Assembly: GCA_002633005.1 (NCBI GenBank)
Contig: NMRA01000420.1
Location: forward strand, 124,001 to 188,000
Direction: 5' to 3'
DNA length: 64,000 nucleotides
Source of the DNA: Phoronis australis
Lineage: Eukaryota; Animalia; Phoronida
Position numbers and translations under genes: made by a program. Within the stretch, counting starts at the first letter, position 1, and each line of letters begins with the position of its first letter. The notes under the pieces are model-generated. The model had not been told where the DNA came from. It made no database searches and was given only the letters and a program-made list of their open reading frames with translations. Of the stretch, positions 22,406 through 35,360 are shown in pieces.

Positions 22406-25400
22406 GAGAGAGAGGAGGTTGGGGGCGGGGAACGGAAACCCAATGCGCTTGTTCAGCAAAGAGGCCAGTATATAACCGAAATGCTACTGTGCGTTGTGTT
22501 TTCCCAACTGTACACGTTTTCTGTTTTCTATCAGTTGTGCCATGAAGGCATTCCCAACCGGTAACGCCTTCATGATGGTAGGCCTACTGATAAATCTACG
22601 GCCTTAGTGATGAATGTGTTTACGGAATAATAGCCTAGATTTCAGTTTAGTCTTGTGATCCGCTTTCGCCGAAAGCAAGAAACGGCTACTTGTCTCTTAG
22701 ACATATGGGAATCTTGACCAGTGACCTCTAATGCAGAGATAAGAGGCTCAACATTTGTGAATCAAGGGGAAAGAAGACTACTAATTTAAATGACAGGCAC
22801 ACATGTTATGTTGTTTAGGCCAGATTATTGAAATCTACGAACTTACTTGTTAGTTAGTCCAGGTATTTCCTTGTTATTAACATGCCAGATGCCATAATAA
22901 ATACCGCTCCACAGTCCGGAAGCCAGGTTGACAGATAAGCTATTCAAACAAACTGAAACCACGTGATGTTCGTAATATCAGCATCGTATCAGTTCAAGGA
23001 CGGCGTGTCATGTTTAAAATTATACTTGGTTGTTAAATCACTGATATGTGCTGGCTTTGTTATGTCTTCATGCTCCTTCCGATTCTTTGATCGTAACGAT
23101 AATATTACCGTATAAGAGCGTATTTAGGCAAAAGCGTCACTATGTGCAACTGGGCCTATACCCGGAAATACGTGCACGTGCTTGCTCGTGAAACAGTTTA
23201 GTAGAAACCAAGGAGCAAGTTTAAAAATAGCATGAGAGTGTAAACTCATCCAAGTAGATATTGAAATGTGTTCAATTCATGATTTTGATATAAATACTGT
23301 TATAAACCCTACTTCCATCACAAAAAATTGGTGATCGAGACCACTTCACCGTCATAATGAAATTGATCTGATAGGTGTTCCTTGGGAGTGGCTTCACTAG
23401 GTCTTCGATATAACTGATTGAGACTAAAATTTTACTTATCACAACGTGTCACTTAATGAGTGGAGCATGATCTCAAATGAGAAATAACAAACAGTCACTG
23501 GTCTGTAGTCAGCTTTGATAGTCAACTTCACATCTGAGTAACAAGTTGTGACCGGTTTTAGAGCGATGAATAATCCAAACCAAAGATTCTCTTCTTGGGC
23601 GGAACGCGAGTTTACAGCCGCCATAACTATTTAACGAAATTTTCCTACAAAAATATAAAAAGGACACGGGGAAAACGCACAGTTTAAAACAAGGGATAGT
23701 CGCTTGTGCGGCATAGGTGCGAATACTTTATCAACTCAGTGATTTCTACTTATGACAGACATAGAATACAAAATGCAAAGTCGCATTCATTCTGGGACGA
23801 AGATGTCATCAGAGCGCGTTGAGCTACCCTACACACTTGAGAGATACCTTTGGTGTTAGAAACTTTAGTTTTTAGAAAGTAAACAGTGACTTCATTAAGA
23901 ATCCCCAATTTGCGTCAATCTAGCCTCGCCAACCAAACACTTCTGTGACAGTCATTTTGCCCATGGTCCCCAAAAATTTCCGAACTTTCATCTGAGTTCG
24001 AAAAAATATGGAGATCCTAGAAAATACTTAGTTCAATAAAAACGAAAATCGGATTAGTCCATAATAGTGCTTGCCGCGACAGGATTCTTTCCGTTACCAA
24101 CTGGAACATCGAAACCAGATAATAGAGAAAACGACTCAAAGGTTGGCCATCCATAAAATATGCGAATTCGAAAACAGCGCATGAACGAATTGTTGCGCTG
24201 AAGGACTCTTAAAGACCGAGTAGTCTATGAACGCAAAAGGCCGATTTCGATTTTTCAATTTTAGCCAAAATGCAACTTTAACCAGAGTACATGAAGTGGA
24301 CACGAACCGACAAGAAAATACGTCCAACTCGAACATTCTCCTCGAACAGGTTTAGTAAGCGCCTTAGAGAGTTTCCCATGACATGTCAGGAGTTTGCGAT
24401 GGTGTGTTTACTCTTATCGATCAATCAAAACGAATGAGTGCTCAAATGCTCAATGCTTAAATGGCTGACGACACTCGGAATAGTAGGTTCATTTTATGGA
24501 TGAAGTGGCGGGTCTAGGATATCACAAGGGGGGCCCAACATTTTGTCTGAAAAGATTTGTGCAAAGCACGATTAGATGCGCATAGCACCGAATGGGGGGA
24601 GGTCGGGAGGGGGGTTGGCCCCCTTCCAGCCCAGGAAAATTTTTCTGTTTTTTCTTCTAAAAATCAAGCATTTTCCTTGATTCCTAAAGTATTATCCAAG
24701 AAAAAAAGGCAAAGAAAAATAAAAAATGAAAAAAGGCAAAGAAAAATAAAAAAAAAACAAAAAAACAGAGAACTTGTCAAACATGAAAAACTGCAATTAT
24801 CACAGACTCGAACTCTCAACCTGGCGCGCGTGCTTTACCACTGTACCACCACGATTTCACTAATAATTTGATACTAAGTGACCTACTCGTTTATGGTCCA
24901 CAGCGTTTGCTTGCGAAATGTACTTCTTTTTGTAATGCTTATTACATATTTTATTTTTTGTGCAATCAGTTCGTAACAAATTTGTTGTATTTAAAATAGT
25001 TTTCAATTGCCCAAAAGACCAAATCCGTTTTTTGTGTTGGCATTTATGGCGCGATTGCTTTGGAAATCGTCTTAAGTTAAGGTTTGACAAAGAGAGAATT
25101 ATGAGTTTCTGAGTGATTCACTAACGCTTCGATTAAAATTCACATCTTACCAGCAGCTTCTGTTTTTTCATCGTCACTCAGATTTCACTTTCTTTAAAAA
25201 AATCATGAAGTAATTTTCTTCATAGCACAGTGAAGCAGACGACGGAAACGGAGTCGTAGTGCGCAGCGCCACTGCCGGTCGCATAGAATATGGCGGGAGA
25301 GCCTATACTTAGCCATAGTTTCGTTACGATTGAATTTGACACTTGAAATTGGATCTGAGCCCCCCAAACACACTAAAACTGCACACATTTAAATCTTGTT

Positions 25401-26244
25401 TCCGCCGTTTAATGTTAATTACCGGGGTTAATTAATGAACTCAACATTTCCCTACGCTCTGGCTGTATTCTTTTTTTGCGGCAGCCAAGGGGGAGGGGGG
25501 GTGGTCCCGGGCCTCCTGCCTCCCCCTAAATCCGCCTATGTCAATAACCATTAGAGGCGACATAAAGGAATACGTCTTGTCTCTAGATGGCGATAGAATA
25601 GTCGGCGGGACATCCAGACTCTCCCGTCCGCGGTAAGTCACCAAGTCGTGAGATCACCTCATCCACGAGTCGGTTCACTCAGAATTGCCAGTACGTCGTG
25701 GAACTTGTGACATTTCGGGAGTTGGCTTAACTTCATTAGTTCGACAAAGAGAAAATTTCCGAGAAAAGAATGACATCAAAAGCCGAGAAATGACCACTTA
25801 TTGATGCCCTATATTACAAAATAATGCCTTGATGACGTTTATAATCTGCTTGTGCGGAGACAATTTGACCAGATCCAAGTGAGGCATTGCGCTGCTATTG
25901 GCTTACGAAGTAAATGCCTCCACAGTCCACAATCTCTAGATTCCATTCAACTATAACATTGGGACTACACCGCCCCAAGCGGTCATTTCTTTAGTTAGTG
26001 TGCTACCAATGTTGTCGGGGATCACCGATGTAGCTTGTGTCTGATGATTCTGATCTGTCCTTCATGTGCGTGAGGCAAACAAAGCAGATCAGTCTCATGT
26101 GGGTGATGAGATACCCACCCTTTAATCACAGACTTACATTTATACAAGTCCATGGTTTAGTGTTTGCAATACTTGTGCACATTCACCATTAGTATAATAA
26201 TCATCTGAGACCTGCGCAACTCCGTCAATACAATCTGTCTAATA

Positions 26245-26258
26245 GCTTCCCTAGCAAC
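26245..26258 (+). promoter_or_regulatory. RFX X-box-like element
   Basis: GCTTCCCTAGCAAC, with a perfect TAGCAAC half-site, upstream of a candidate non-coding first exon ending at the GTAAGT donor at 26526. Confidence 0.4.
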
Positions 26259-27782
26259 AATAACCGCCGGGGTCAACCATTATTGATAAGGTTACTAAAT
26301 ACAATGAAGCGACCCCGTGTTCATCGGTAGAAGGTATGCGACGATGCAGACCGGGCATTGAAGTGTCCTTGCTACTGGGCGTCGTCACGAACCGTCGAAG
26401 AGTTAAAGATCGGAAGATGTGAATACAGCCTGGTCAGTGGTCACAAAGGCACACCAGACTGGCGTACTTGCCTGCGTACCGGTAAACTATACGTCAAGGA
26501 CGCTTAGGAAACACTCTTTTGTGTGGTAAGTTATTGAGTTGGGTTAATCCAAGATCAGTAACGAATACATACGTACCGTCTAATCTAGATTGGCACACTG
26601 ACAACAGGCAACCTTCTTGGGATCCATGGGGATCCGGGACTTTGTGGTGGTATTTCCCTATGTAGTACGTCCTAGGTCGGGTATCAGTCGAACCCTATAA
26701 AGTCAACCTGCTTTCCACTCGTGGCGTCATGCCTAAATCTTCTAATAATGCCAGTAATGTATTCAAGACATGTTGATAATGATAGTCTTAACGTACCTTG
26801 GCACTCGCGAAAACTCAGTCAGAACCTTTAGTTTTTACGGGGGGGGGGGGGGGGNGGGGTATTTTTATCCGATTGTGTCCCTCTTCAGTTGAAATTATAA
26901 GGCATACCATTTTAGAGAATCAAATAAATCAAATAGTCGTAAATACTCACGGTCAGTTTCAAAAAGACGGTGCAATTGGAAGAGACCCATTTGCATCAGC
27001 TGGTCACAAAAGCTTTGTCAGTTCCCTTAACAATAAACGACCATTAGATCTGCAGGCATTTGATTCAAGCTAAACATAACAAAAACTGTCTGTAGAATTC
27101 TGCTACAAAAACGAACCGTTCGTGGATTTTTGAAGCATAAAATGAATATTTCGTGAGGGAATGTAAAGAAGAAAAAGCTCCAGTTGGAAATGAATATAAC
27201 AGGAATGCACCTCAAGAAATTCACCTTGAGTTATAATCCGTCGGCAGAAGTATCAAATCCTTGTGAATCTGTCCGTGAACAACAATGTCATCTCTCCAAA
27301 GTATACACCGTCTCTGAATATAAGTCTATCCTCTGTTGAGTCTATCACGGTACATCCCCGCAACGGGAGCACTTCCTGTACGTGTTATATGTTGGTTATT
27401 ATATCATACAATTATGTAACTGCACGCTTATCTACGTTACTTAGGTATACCTTGGTAAAATATCACGCACTTCTCGACCGATCCCGTCTTTTGAGTCCTT
27501 GTTCAGTGCCCTACCTGGTCAGGGCATTTTTTGTGTCATTTTGGAGCAATTTATTGGCGATTTTTGATGCCAGTCGGCGATATAAATAAACACCCGATAA
27601 TCTTCCGGCTGCTCATCTTTTACTGCCACTGTCGATTGAAGAGTTGAAATGTTCAGACAAATTCTGTTACGTATGCCTTCGGAGGCCTTGCTTTGTACCT
27701 CTGTTATTCAGTATTGGACCAAGTTCTCCGCAATCACTGCTTTCATGACGTCGTTTTCAGACAAGGTGACGACACCTTACAC

Positions 27783-28015
27783 ATGGAAATACGGAACCAC
27801 AAGGGTGAACTAATTATTCACCCCACTCAAATCACGCGATGTCCAACAGACCAAGCAAAGAACAACTACATTCTGGGAAAGCGAGGCACGGTGAATTTGG
27901 CATGGGAGCCCAAGCCCGACGAAAAGCCTATCCCGAGGATAAAGCCGGAAGCGGAAACGATTTATGAACCACATCGAGGCAAGCGAATGCAAAACCTCAT
28001 GGTCAAGTATGGAAA
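27783..28015 (+). CDS. Repeat protein coding exon 1
   Basis: MEIRNHKG...PRIKPEAETIYEPHRGKRMQNLMVKYG; GTAAGT donor; acceptors upstream at ~27710 and ~27760. Confidence 0.75.
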
Positions 28016-31000
28016 GTAAGTTCAAAAGCCAGTCTAGACCGCGTTGTGACTGCTGAACATCAGACAATGTTTAAAGTGAACGATGAAGAAATAAAGCACA
28101 TGCATTTCCTCATTTACTCAACTTTCATTATGCAGGCCTAAAGTTTCTAAAGCACAACAAAAATGTAATGGTAATTTGAGCCTCATAGAAAATGTGGCAA
28201 ATGTGATTTTTACTTGCTACCGGTATTAAAGAATCCACTTTTTGAGAGTTAAAGCTCCCTCAAATTTGTTGTTACCAAAAAGTGGTGCCATGCAGGAGCA
28301 GCAAACAGGTTGCTTTAAATTACACAGTTTCAACTCCTGAACAAAGTTAGAATAATGTATAGTACCGACAATTGTTGCAAACATTATTCGTTGATAGAAA
28401 CACGTTGTCAATAACCAAAGATAAAAATTGACTGATATAGTAAGAAAAAGACGTAAGGTTCTCCCGAGCAAAAGATTCAAACATGGTGCAAATTTTGTAT
28501 TGCGTTTTTCTGTCTGAATTTTCCTTTTTGCTAATTCACCGTAAACATCTATAGTTATTTCGTTTTTTCACTTCAGGGCATTCCGCTATCACTTTTTGTA
28601 ATAAAATAATACACATAGGCAATAGACTACTATGCACGACTATTTATCAATTGTGTTGCAAAGGAGAAAAGACCCAGTCTTCTCAAACATGGCTCGGAGT
28701 TTTACAAAAATGGCTCAACATTTTCAAACATGACTCAGAACCTCTAAACACGGTGCAGCACCAGCCTTGACTACATGGCGGGAGAACAATCAGCCTGTTG
28801 TCCAACAAGAACATAAATTGTAAATCGGTTAACTTATTCGCGGTGAAGCTCTTTAGCAAAATCTTAAGGCGGATGACACAAGTGCCATCTACTAACTTTC
28901 AGGGGTAAGGCAGTGGCCCCCGATTTAAACGACCCTACAGAAAACACTAACGACGCCCAAGTGCGAGGAGACTTCGAGACGACCGGGTACCAAAACTGAT
29001 GTTTACCTGGGTATGCAATCACACTCAACTCGGCATCTCAGAAATCCTTCCTAAGCTTATGGTGATGGTCACTAAACGACAGGGAGATGTGTGAAGTATA
29101 ATCATTAATTCCTGTCCAGTGTTGTCTCACTTATCGGCAAATTCTGAGAAAGCTTTTATACCCGAGGTTTTATATTTATATTGCTCAAGATATCAGCAAA
29201 TCTGAGAATGCTTTTATAGTCGTATTGTCCAGTACAGCGTGTGTGTAAATTATTTCCTTGTTTGAAACCCACTCACTACAAATCTTCAGCATGACACCAT
29301 CTGCGAGACCCGTTGCCCGAGTGAAAGATGATGGGGAACCGAACGCAGACTTAGACAAGGGACGCCGGATGAGGACTGTCCTTCACAGTGGGCGCAGGCG
29401 CAGCCAGACTGCACGACCGGCACCAAGGGTGAAACCGGAAGCAGAGGACAATGCAGACTTGGACAAAGGAAAGCGCATGAATGCGCTGATTGCTAAATAT
29501 GGTAAATATTCTCAGGGTGTCTTCAGTTGAGGTAGCATGCGCCTGGGTCCGCCTTCGTTCACAGTATCGCTCTATTTGTATTTGTATCGACCCAATGTGA
29601 GCAAGTAACCTTCGTAGATATAATCCTTAATCCGCCCCTCTTAATGTTCAGCTAAAGTAGCGTGCGTTTGTGCACTCGGTCCGAAGTCTTGGCTTCAACA
29701 TGACGTATCTTCACTCTTTGTTTTCACGACAGAGTTTATTGCTTTGTCTGATTAGCATATTTTGAAGAACATTCGGCACTTATTGTTATGTAGGACCTTA
29801 TGGGCTTGTCGGAGTATTTTGGGAAATATCTACAAAAATATTGATTTTATTTCAGTAAAATCATATATTTTTGAAAGTAGATTTTTGACTTCATACCAGC
29901 CTGCTATTAATAAGATCACGTGACCATGCTTTTTATTAAAATTTAGCGAAAGGAGATGGTACGTCTATAGCAAAACAACGTTATCAATCAATGATCATTT
30001 TTATATAAACATACATGATGAAATCTCAAAAACGCTGCTGCAGTTTTCTAATTATCATTTCGTTTTCGTTTTATGCCACTTTTGATTTATTTCATGAAAA
30101 CCATAAAGGCCCCATTTTTTGATAGCTCTCATGCAAAAGTGGAATATCTTAAAAACAATACCTAATAGCATTTTGGAGAACAGTGGATAAGTTATTGTAT
30201 CTGAAAGTTTCTTAGGAATCTGACCAGCCATTTCTGATATAGGATGTTCCAAAATTTGCCAAATTTGGACATCTTTCGACGGTCCTACATAACCTTAAAA
30301 TAAAATTTTAAAGTTTATGATAAAGATGTGTTTTCGCAGACACTGAGATGACTTTTGTAAGCTATCATCAATTGCGAATAAGCGAGATTAAATGTTAACG
30401 TTCATTGCTTGAATAAACGCTGATTTAATGTTTCCACCTTAAAAATGTTTTCTCCAGAAGGCGAATTAACAAAGTTTCAATTATTTGCAGGCGACCTCGC
30501 TGTTTCTCCGAGACCTGGGCCACGTGTCAAACGAGAAGCCGAGGATAACGCAGACCTTGATAAAGGTCGACGAATGGAAAACCTCGTTAACAAGTACGGA
30601 ACTCTGGGTCTGTCTGCCAGGCCGGCACCGCGCGTAAAACCCGAAGCAGACGACAACGCTGAACTTGATAAAGGAAAAAATTGCAAAAAACTGCTGGCAG
30701 AATATGGTAACATTCCGCGAAGTTCCCGCCCAGTACCTCGTGTAAAGCCAGAGGCTGACCCCAACTATGAACTGGATCAAGGAAGGAGAATGCAAAATTT
30801 GTTAGAAAAATATGGCGACATGCCGCAGTCTGCCAGACCAATTCCAAGGGTGAAACCTGAAGCCGAGGAAATAGCTAATCATGGAAGGAACGGGTTGGCT
30901 CGACATTTATTAAATAAGTATGGCACACTTCCTGGAAACTTAAAGGAACGTCCCAGAGTGACATCTTCCGGTCACAATTACGCGTATAAAGATCGGGGCG

Positions 31001-31098
31001 GGAGAATGCAGCGGGCCATATCGGAAATGGGAAAAAGTCAGATTATTTACAAACCAGGGGTTCAAACAAAGAAACACGAGCGAGTACAGACTCTATAG
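27783..31098 (+). CDS. Uncharacterised protein of eight ~36-aa tandem repeats (consensus SARPxPRVKPEAExNADLDKGRRMxxLxxKYG), ~350 aa, 3 coding exons
   Basis: Exons 27783-28015 (AA|GTAAG), 29290-29501 (TTCAG|C ... G|GTAAAT) and 30491-31098 (TTGCAG|) total 1053 nt in one frame. The same protein repeat appears in all three exons with synonymous nucleotide divergence. The start codon is inferred. Confidence 0.85.
29290..29501 (+). CDS. Repeat protein coding exon 2
   Basis: Two repeat units; phase-2 start and phase-1 end fit the neighbours. Confidence 0.85.
29780..30298. mobile_element. TTAA-ended (Kolobok-like) MITE in intron 2 of the repeat-protein gene; relative at ~47697-47963
   Basis: GTTATGTAGGACC...GGTCCTACATAACCTTAA; the right end matches TTAAGGATTTGTAGGGTCC at 47697 in reverse. 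Confidence 0.55.
30491..31098 (+). CDS. Repeat protein coding exon 3 (terminal)
   Basis: Five repeat units, then TAG. Confidence 0.87.
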
Positions 31099-33003
31099 AA
31101 ATCTCCACAAACTTCAAAATGTTGATTTCATCCTACAATTCATTCATTGTTTGCGCATTCATATTTTAATACCACATCACCCTGTAAGTAGCGCAGCCTA
31201 TACGTATTCTAGGGCTACATATTTGGTTAAAAACGGTTCAGTGCTGAATATTAAACCCTTCGATTAGACTCATAACTTGCCACAAAATCCTTGAAATTTG
31301 TTGTTTACGATTTTGAAGAATACGTTTTGCAGTTAAAAACCACATATAGACATTTTCTCTACTACTATTCAAATTGGAATCTAATGCAGTAGGACTACAT
31401 TCCTGCGTTTTTGTTGTTTGGTATTGAACCGCTTTAGTTTCGCCGTAACGAATACTTTACAAACACATAGATTTCAGCTGTTTTAATGGTTTACACCGAT
31501 AAATAATCTAATGCATCAGTCAATTCACCTTTGATTTAAGTTGTTGTTTGCTGTGTCTCTTGTTGTTTTGAGTGGAGTCTTGGTTTGCAAATTGTTTGTT
31601 TGTCAGGCGCCTTATATGTTTTACATATAACTGAGTCATGTGATTGGCGCGTTTCACTTTGCAATTAAATACATATACAATTAATACTTATGATTGTCAA
31701 CTTGTGAAAGTCAATCTTTCAAAAGTAAATAAATGGACAACGTTCTATTGAACAGGCATTTCTGTATGTCGTAAGTTTATCCACTAGGTGTCGCGGAGGT
31801 AGAAAAGCAGGAAAGCAAACCCGATATAAACAACGCAAATTTGCCAAAGCGTGCCACCAACGACAGAGTTCTGCTGTGCTATTTTTTAATGAGGTTCAGA
31901 TTACCGACACATTTCAGCTAACTAAGATTTGGCTTCCGGTGGCTGGTAAGCTACGATAGAAACTATTTTTGTACAGATTCTGGAGGAGCTTAAACAATAT
32001 GTAGATAAGCACAAAGTTCAGAAATGGGGCGACCTCTATCGGTAACCCATCAGCTTTACAGTTTCGACTAAATTCGAAACGCATGCCTTATTACAGAATT
32101 TATGTTTATGATATTTAGTACGTTCATTGCTTAATTTCTGCATCGCTTGTCACAGACATTATTTAAACACAAATGCATGTGTTGCAGATGTTTTTATCTG
32201 CAACTCATCTGCTGAGTCATCTCACTCCAGTTTCATGTCTGATCATGTCCATCAGGTTTTCCTGGCGAAAGAGCTGTCATATAGAGCTTTCGACGAAATA
32301 TGCTTGACGTATACTCGCCAATGTACACTACGAGCTGAAAGAAGATTATTTCCCATCAATCGTTGTGGTTATTTCATTTACTGAATAGTGGCGCCACCTG
32401 CTGCCTACCTCGGAGACAGATTCTCTTGTTTATCCATTTGTGTGAGCGTGTGTATGTGAAACCAGTGTTTTCATCTTGGAAGTATGGGACCGGATTTGGC
32501 CCCCAAAATAATTACCTCCCAGTTTCCACTCATTATGCTCCACGGTCAACTACAGTTGTGCGAGTAAAATTCCCGAGTTGCCCTCCAAGACACTGTTCGG
32601 CTTCAGGCTCGGTGGGCGCCTACAGATTTACCAGCCAACCCAAGGAATTTCTATTAGAATCCACCGAAAGATGTCGCACTGACAAGCACAAAAGATCCCC
32701 ATTGTCATGCTTTGTTTATATGAAGCTTGATAATGATACCACCGAAACCGCCTCTACATTTTAGAAAAGTTGTCATATTTCTCTGCTTGAAACGGCGCAA
32801 TTTAAACATTAAAGTAATCAAAACACAGAAGATTCTGAGATTTTAACAATGACTCGTTATGAGCGAAAATGTGACTTGGTTATGTTATTTACTGCTTTTT
32901 TCTGTAAAACGTCGGCGATGATATTGTTGAACCCCTAGCAAATACTTGCACACGTGAGATAGATGTTGTAGGGCGGAGGAGCATAACTTTCAAAGCAAAA
33001 ATG

Positions 33004-33168
33004 CATGCGCGCACCCAAGGGGGGGGGGGCTCGGGGNATTAAAAAGGCAGGTACTACCAAAGTTCGGCGAATGCACAATTCATAGCACTGAACGCACTCT
33101 TTTTTATTAAAAGGTCCACATTCTCAAAAATTCGAGCCCGCCCATCTTTTAGGCTGGGTGCGCGCATG
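33004..33168. mobile_element. MITE, CATGCGCGCACCC TIRs, 5-bp TSD AAATG
   Basis: TIR and TSD visible; related copies at 59616 and 63031. Confidence 0.8.
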
Positions 33169-35205
33169 AAATGTCTCCGCGTAACCTCTGAAAATGGCAT
33201 ACAAGCGGTGTTTGTTTGGACATGATCATATGGGCAGCGGGGGGGGGGGGTGAGTCCTCTTGGGCCTAAAACCTCCACTAGAAGCTTTCCCAATCTGAAC
33301 TATCCGAAGGTTGATAAGTTGATGAAATGTAAACAATGTTGTAAAATTTGCTTCCTGTGACGGTCCTGCCTGAGTGATCTGTTACTTTGGAACTCCAAGA
33401 CACGAAGACTACAGCCCCACACACAACCCCTCAGGCAAAAATCGAATGTGGAACTTCTTCTTTCTATTCTCCCTGTCGCAAAAGAGACAAAAACGGCCAC
33501 TGTCCTGAAGAGGTGGCGCTTGGGCAGAGATAAGTGTACGTACGATAGAAGAGTACGCGAATATTTCCAATCAAATAATTGTAATTTTCTTCAGTCCCAA
33601 ATTATTATGTTAAATTACCGTTCAACAGGGAAAATTCTAGTGATGGTTAAAAATAGAATAAAAAGACAAGCGTAAAATTATAAAGTGTTTGCACTGTTCA
33701 TATCGAAATAATTGTAAGGTAATGCCCGTGCGAAAAAGTTCAGTGTGTTAGTTTGCACTCTGAAGAGACTCTACAAGAGAATCCCTCTATTGTCTGAAGT
33801 GGGTATTCAGTTGCAACCAGCACCAACAAATTATGAATTGAGGATCTATAATTAAAGTATTATCGATTTAGATGCACTTTAATGAGCTAACATAAGACAC
33901 GCACAATAGGCCGCTTCAATACAATTAAGTTGATGTCGTCCTCTAACTCTAGAAATCGCGCACTCAAAACCAGCACAATAGTCATTCACAGCACAAGTCT
34001 TCAGATGGAAGGAACCGAGAAACGCAAACCATATCACCGTACGTCATGATAATTACCGTAAGTGTACAGTCCCGTTTGAAGGAAATATTATTCGAATGGC
34101 ACCAACTAATTTGATTTCGCAATAAAATTTTACCTCACATGGACCCGAATTTCAAATTCCCCCCTGGTCGTCGCCAGTTTCGCAACCCCCACAAAGGCTC
34201 CGCAAAATTGGCCGTTTGGGAGGGGGGGGGGGTGCAAACCCAATGTTGGGTAGTCACCAGAAACTTCGGTCCCATCTTTCAACTAAATTGCACTAGAAAG
34301 GGTCGCGCATATAGGCTGTGACTTAAACCTTCAGGCGGATATTTTTGTGATTTCCACTTTATTAGGTTGCCAAAACGAGACACTTCCAAAATCACTTTTT
34401 AGTAAGGTACGAAACTCTTACCTCGAGCTGCGAAATCCAGAGATTAATGCAAGAATGAATAACATCACCTCAGAAATGATAAGGCGGAACACCGTCTAGG
34501 AGACTTCGGTAATAATTTCGTTTGTTTCGGGGAGTGAAAATGATGCCTTAAGTCAGTATTCATTTTATTAGTGTTGATTTCCGGAGAAGCATGGAAGACG
34601 GTTTATTCCGCGGAGCTTTACAAGCCCGCTCCTAAGAAATGTTTAGTAACTATACTTGTTATCGTAAATTCTAGTTCATTATGGTGGCAGCCTGTTACGG
34701 TTTACGAGTTCAACATACATTCCAAAAATCACAGAATTTTGTGTCAACCACTGGTATAGTACATGTACTTTGAACACCTGCATGCAGAGTAGGGCCGCTC
34801 CTCTACGAGAGGACCCCGACTGAAAGGCGGGCCCTCGATGTGAAAGGCTCTATCATTAATACAAATGTAAACTAGTAAAATCATCCGGTGACCCTCCAGG
34901 AGGGGATTGATTCCGTCATTGGGGCCCGTCCCCCTGCGTGAGCGGCCCCTGTTAAGAAGAAAGCGCACTAAACAGGGTGTTGCCAAAATGAAATCACAGG
35001 GGCCCCTTTAAGGACTGGGGCGCCCTAAATTAAAAAATATATATAACTTCGGGCTACAATATAGGACAGTGTTTGTATATTAAGAAATGGAGGGATATTC
35101 TCAGTTAAATTTAGGGTTGCTGGATTGGCTGGGCATTTTAAGCTTTATAGATTCCATGTGGTGCTTAGGAATGTTAGCTTGCTGTTTGATCTTGAACTTT
35201 GTCCC

Positions 35206-35360
35206 GCCTCCCGTTCAGTAACGCTAGGACCTCGCTAAAAAGCAAGACTTCGCAAGATTACGTGAGATATTGCCGTGTATTTTAAATAAGAACACGTGAC
35301 TTTGACTAGGTTTTAGCTAGGTCCTAGCGTGGGTCCTTGCGTCTACTGAACGCACGCCCG
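35206..35360 (+). mobile_element. ~145-bp palindromic MITE family A (other copies ~541-683, 3345-3466, 6170-6291, 19070-19222, 41114-41240, 57250-57352)
   Basis: TTCAGTAACGCTAGGACCT...AGGTCCTAGCGT..ACTGAA ends with a shared GCAAGACTTCGCGAGATTACGTGAGAT core. Confidence 0.8.

Noticed and set aside
30477-30847. Three minus-strand ORFs
   Set aside because: Antisense shadows of the repeat-protein exon.
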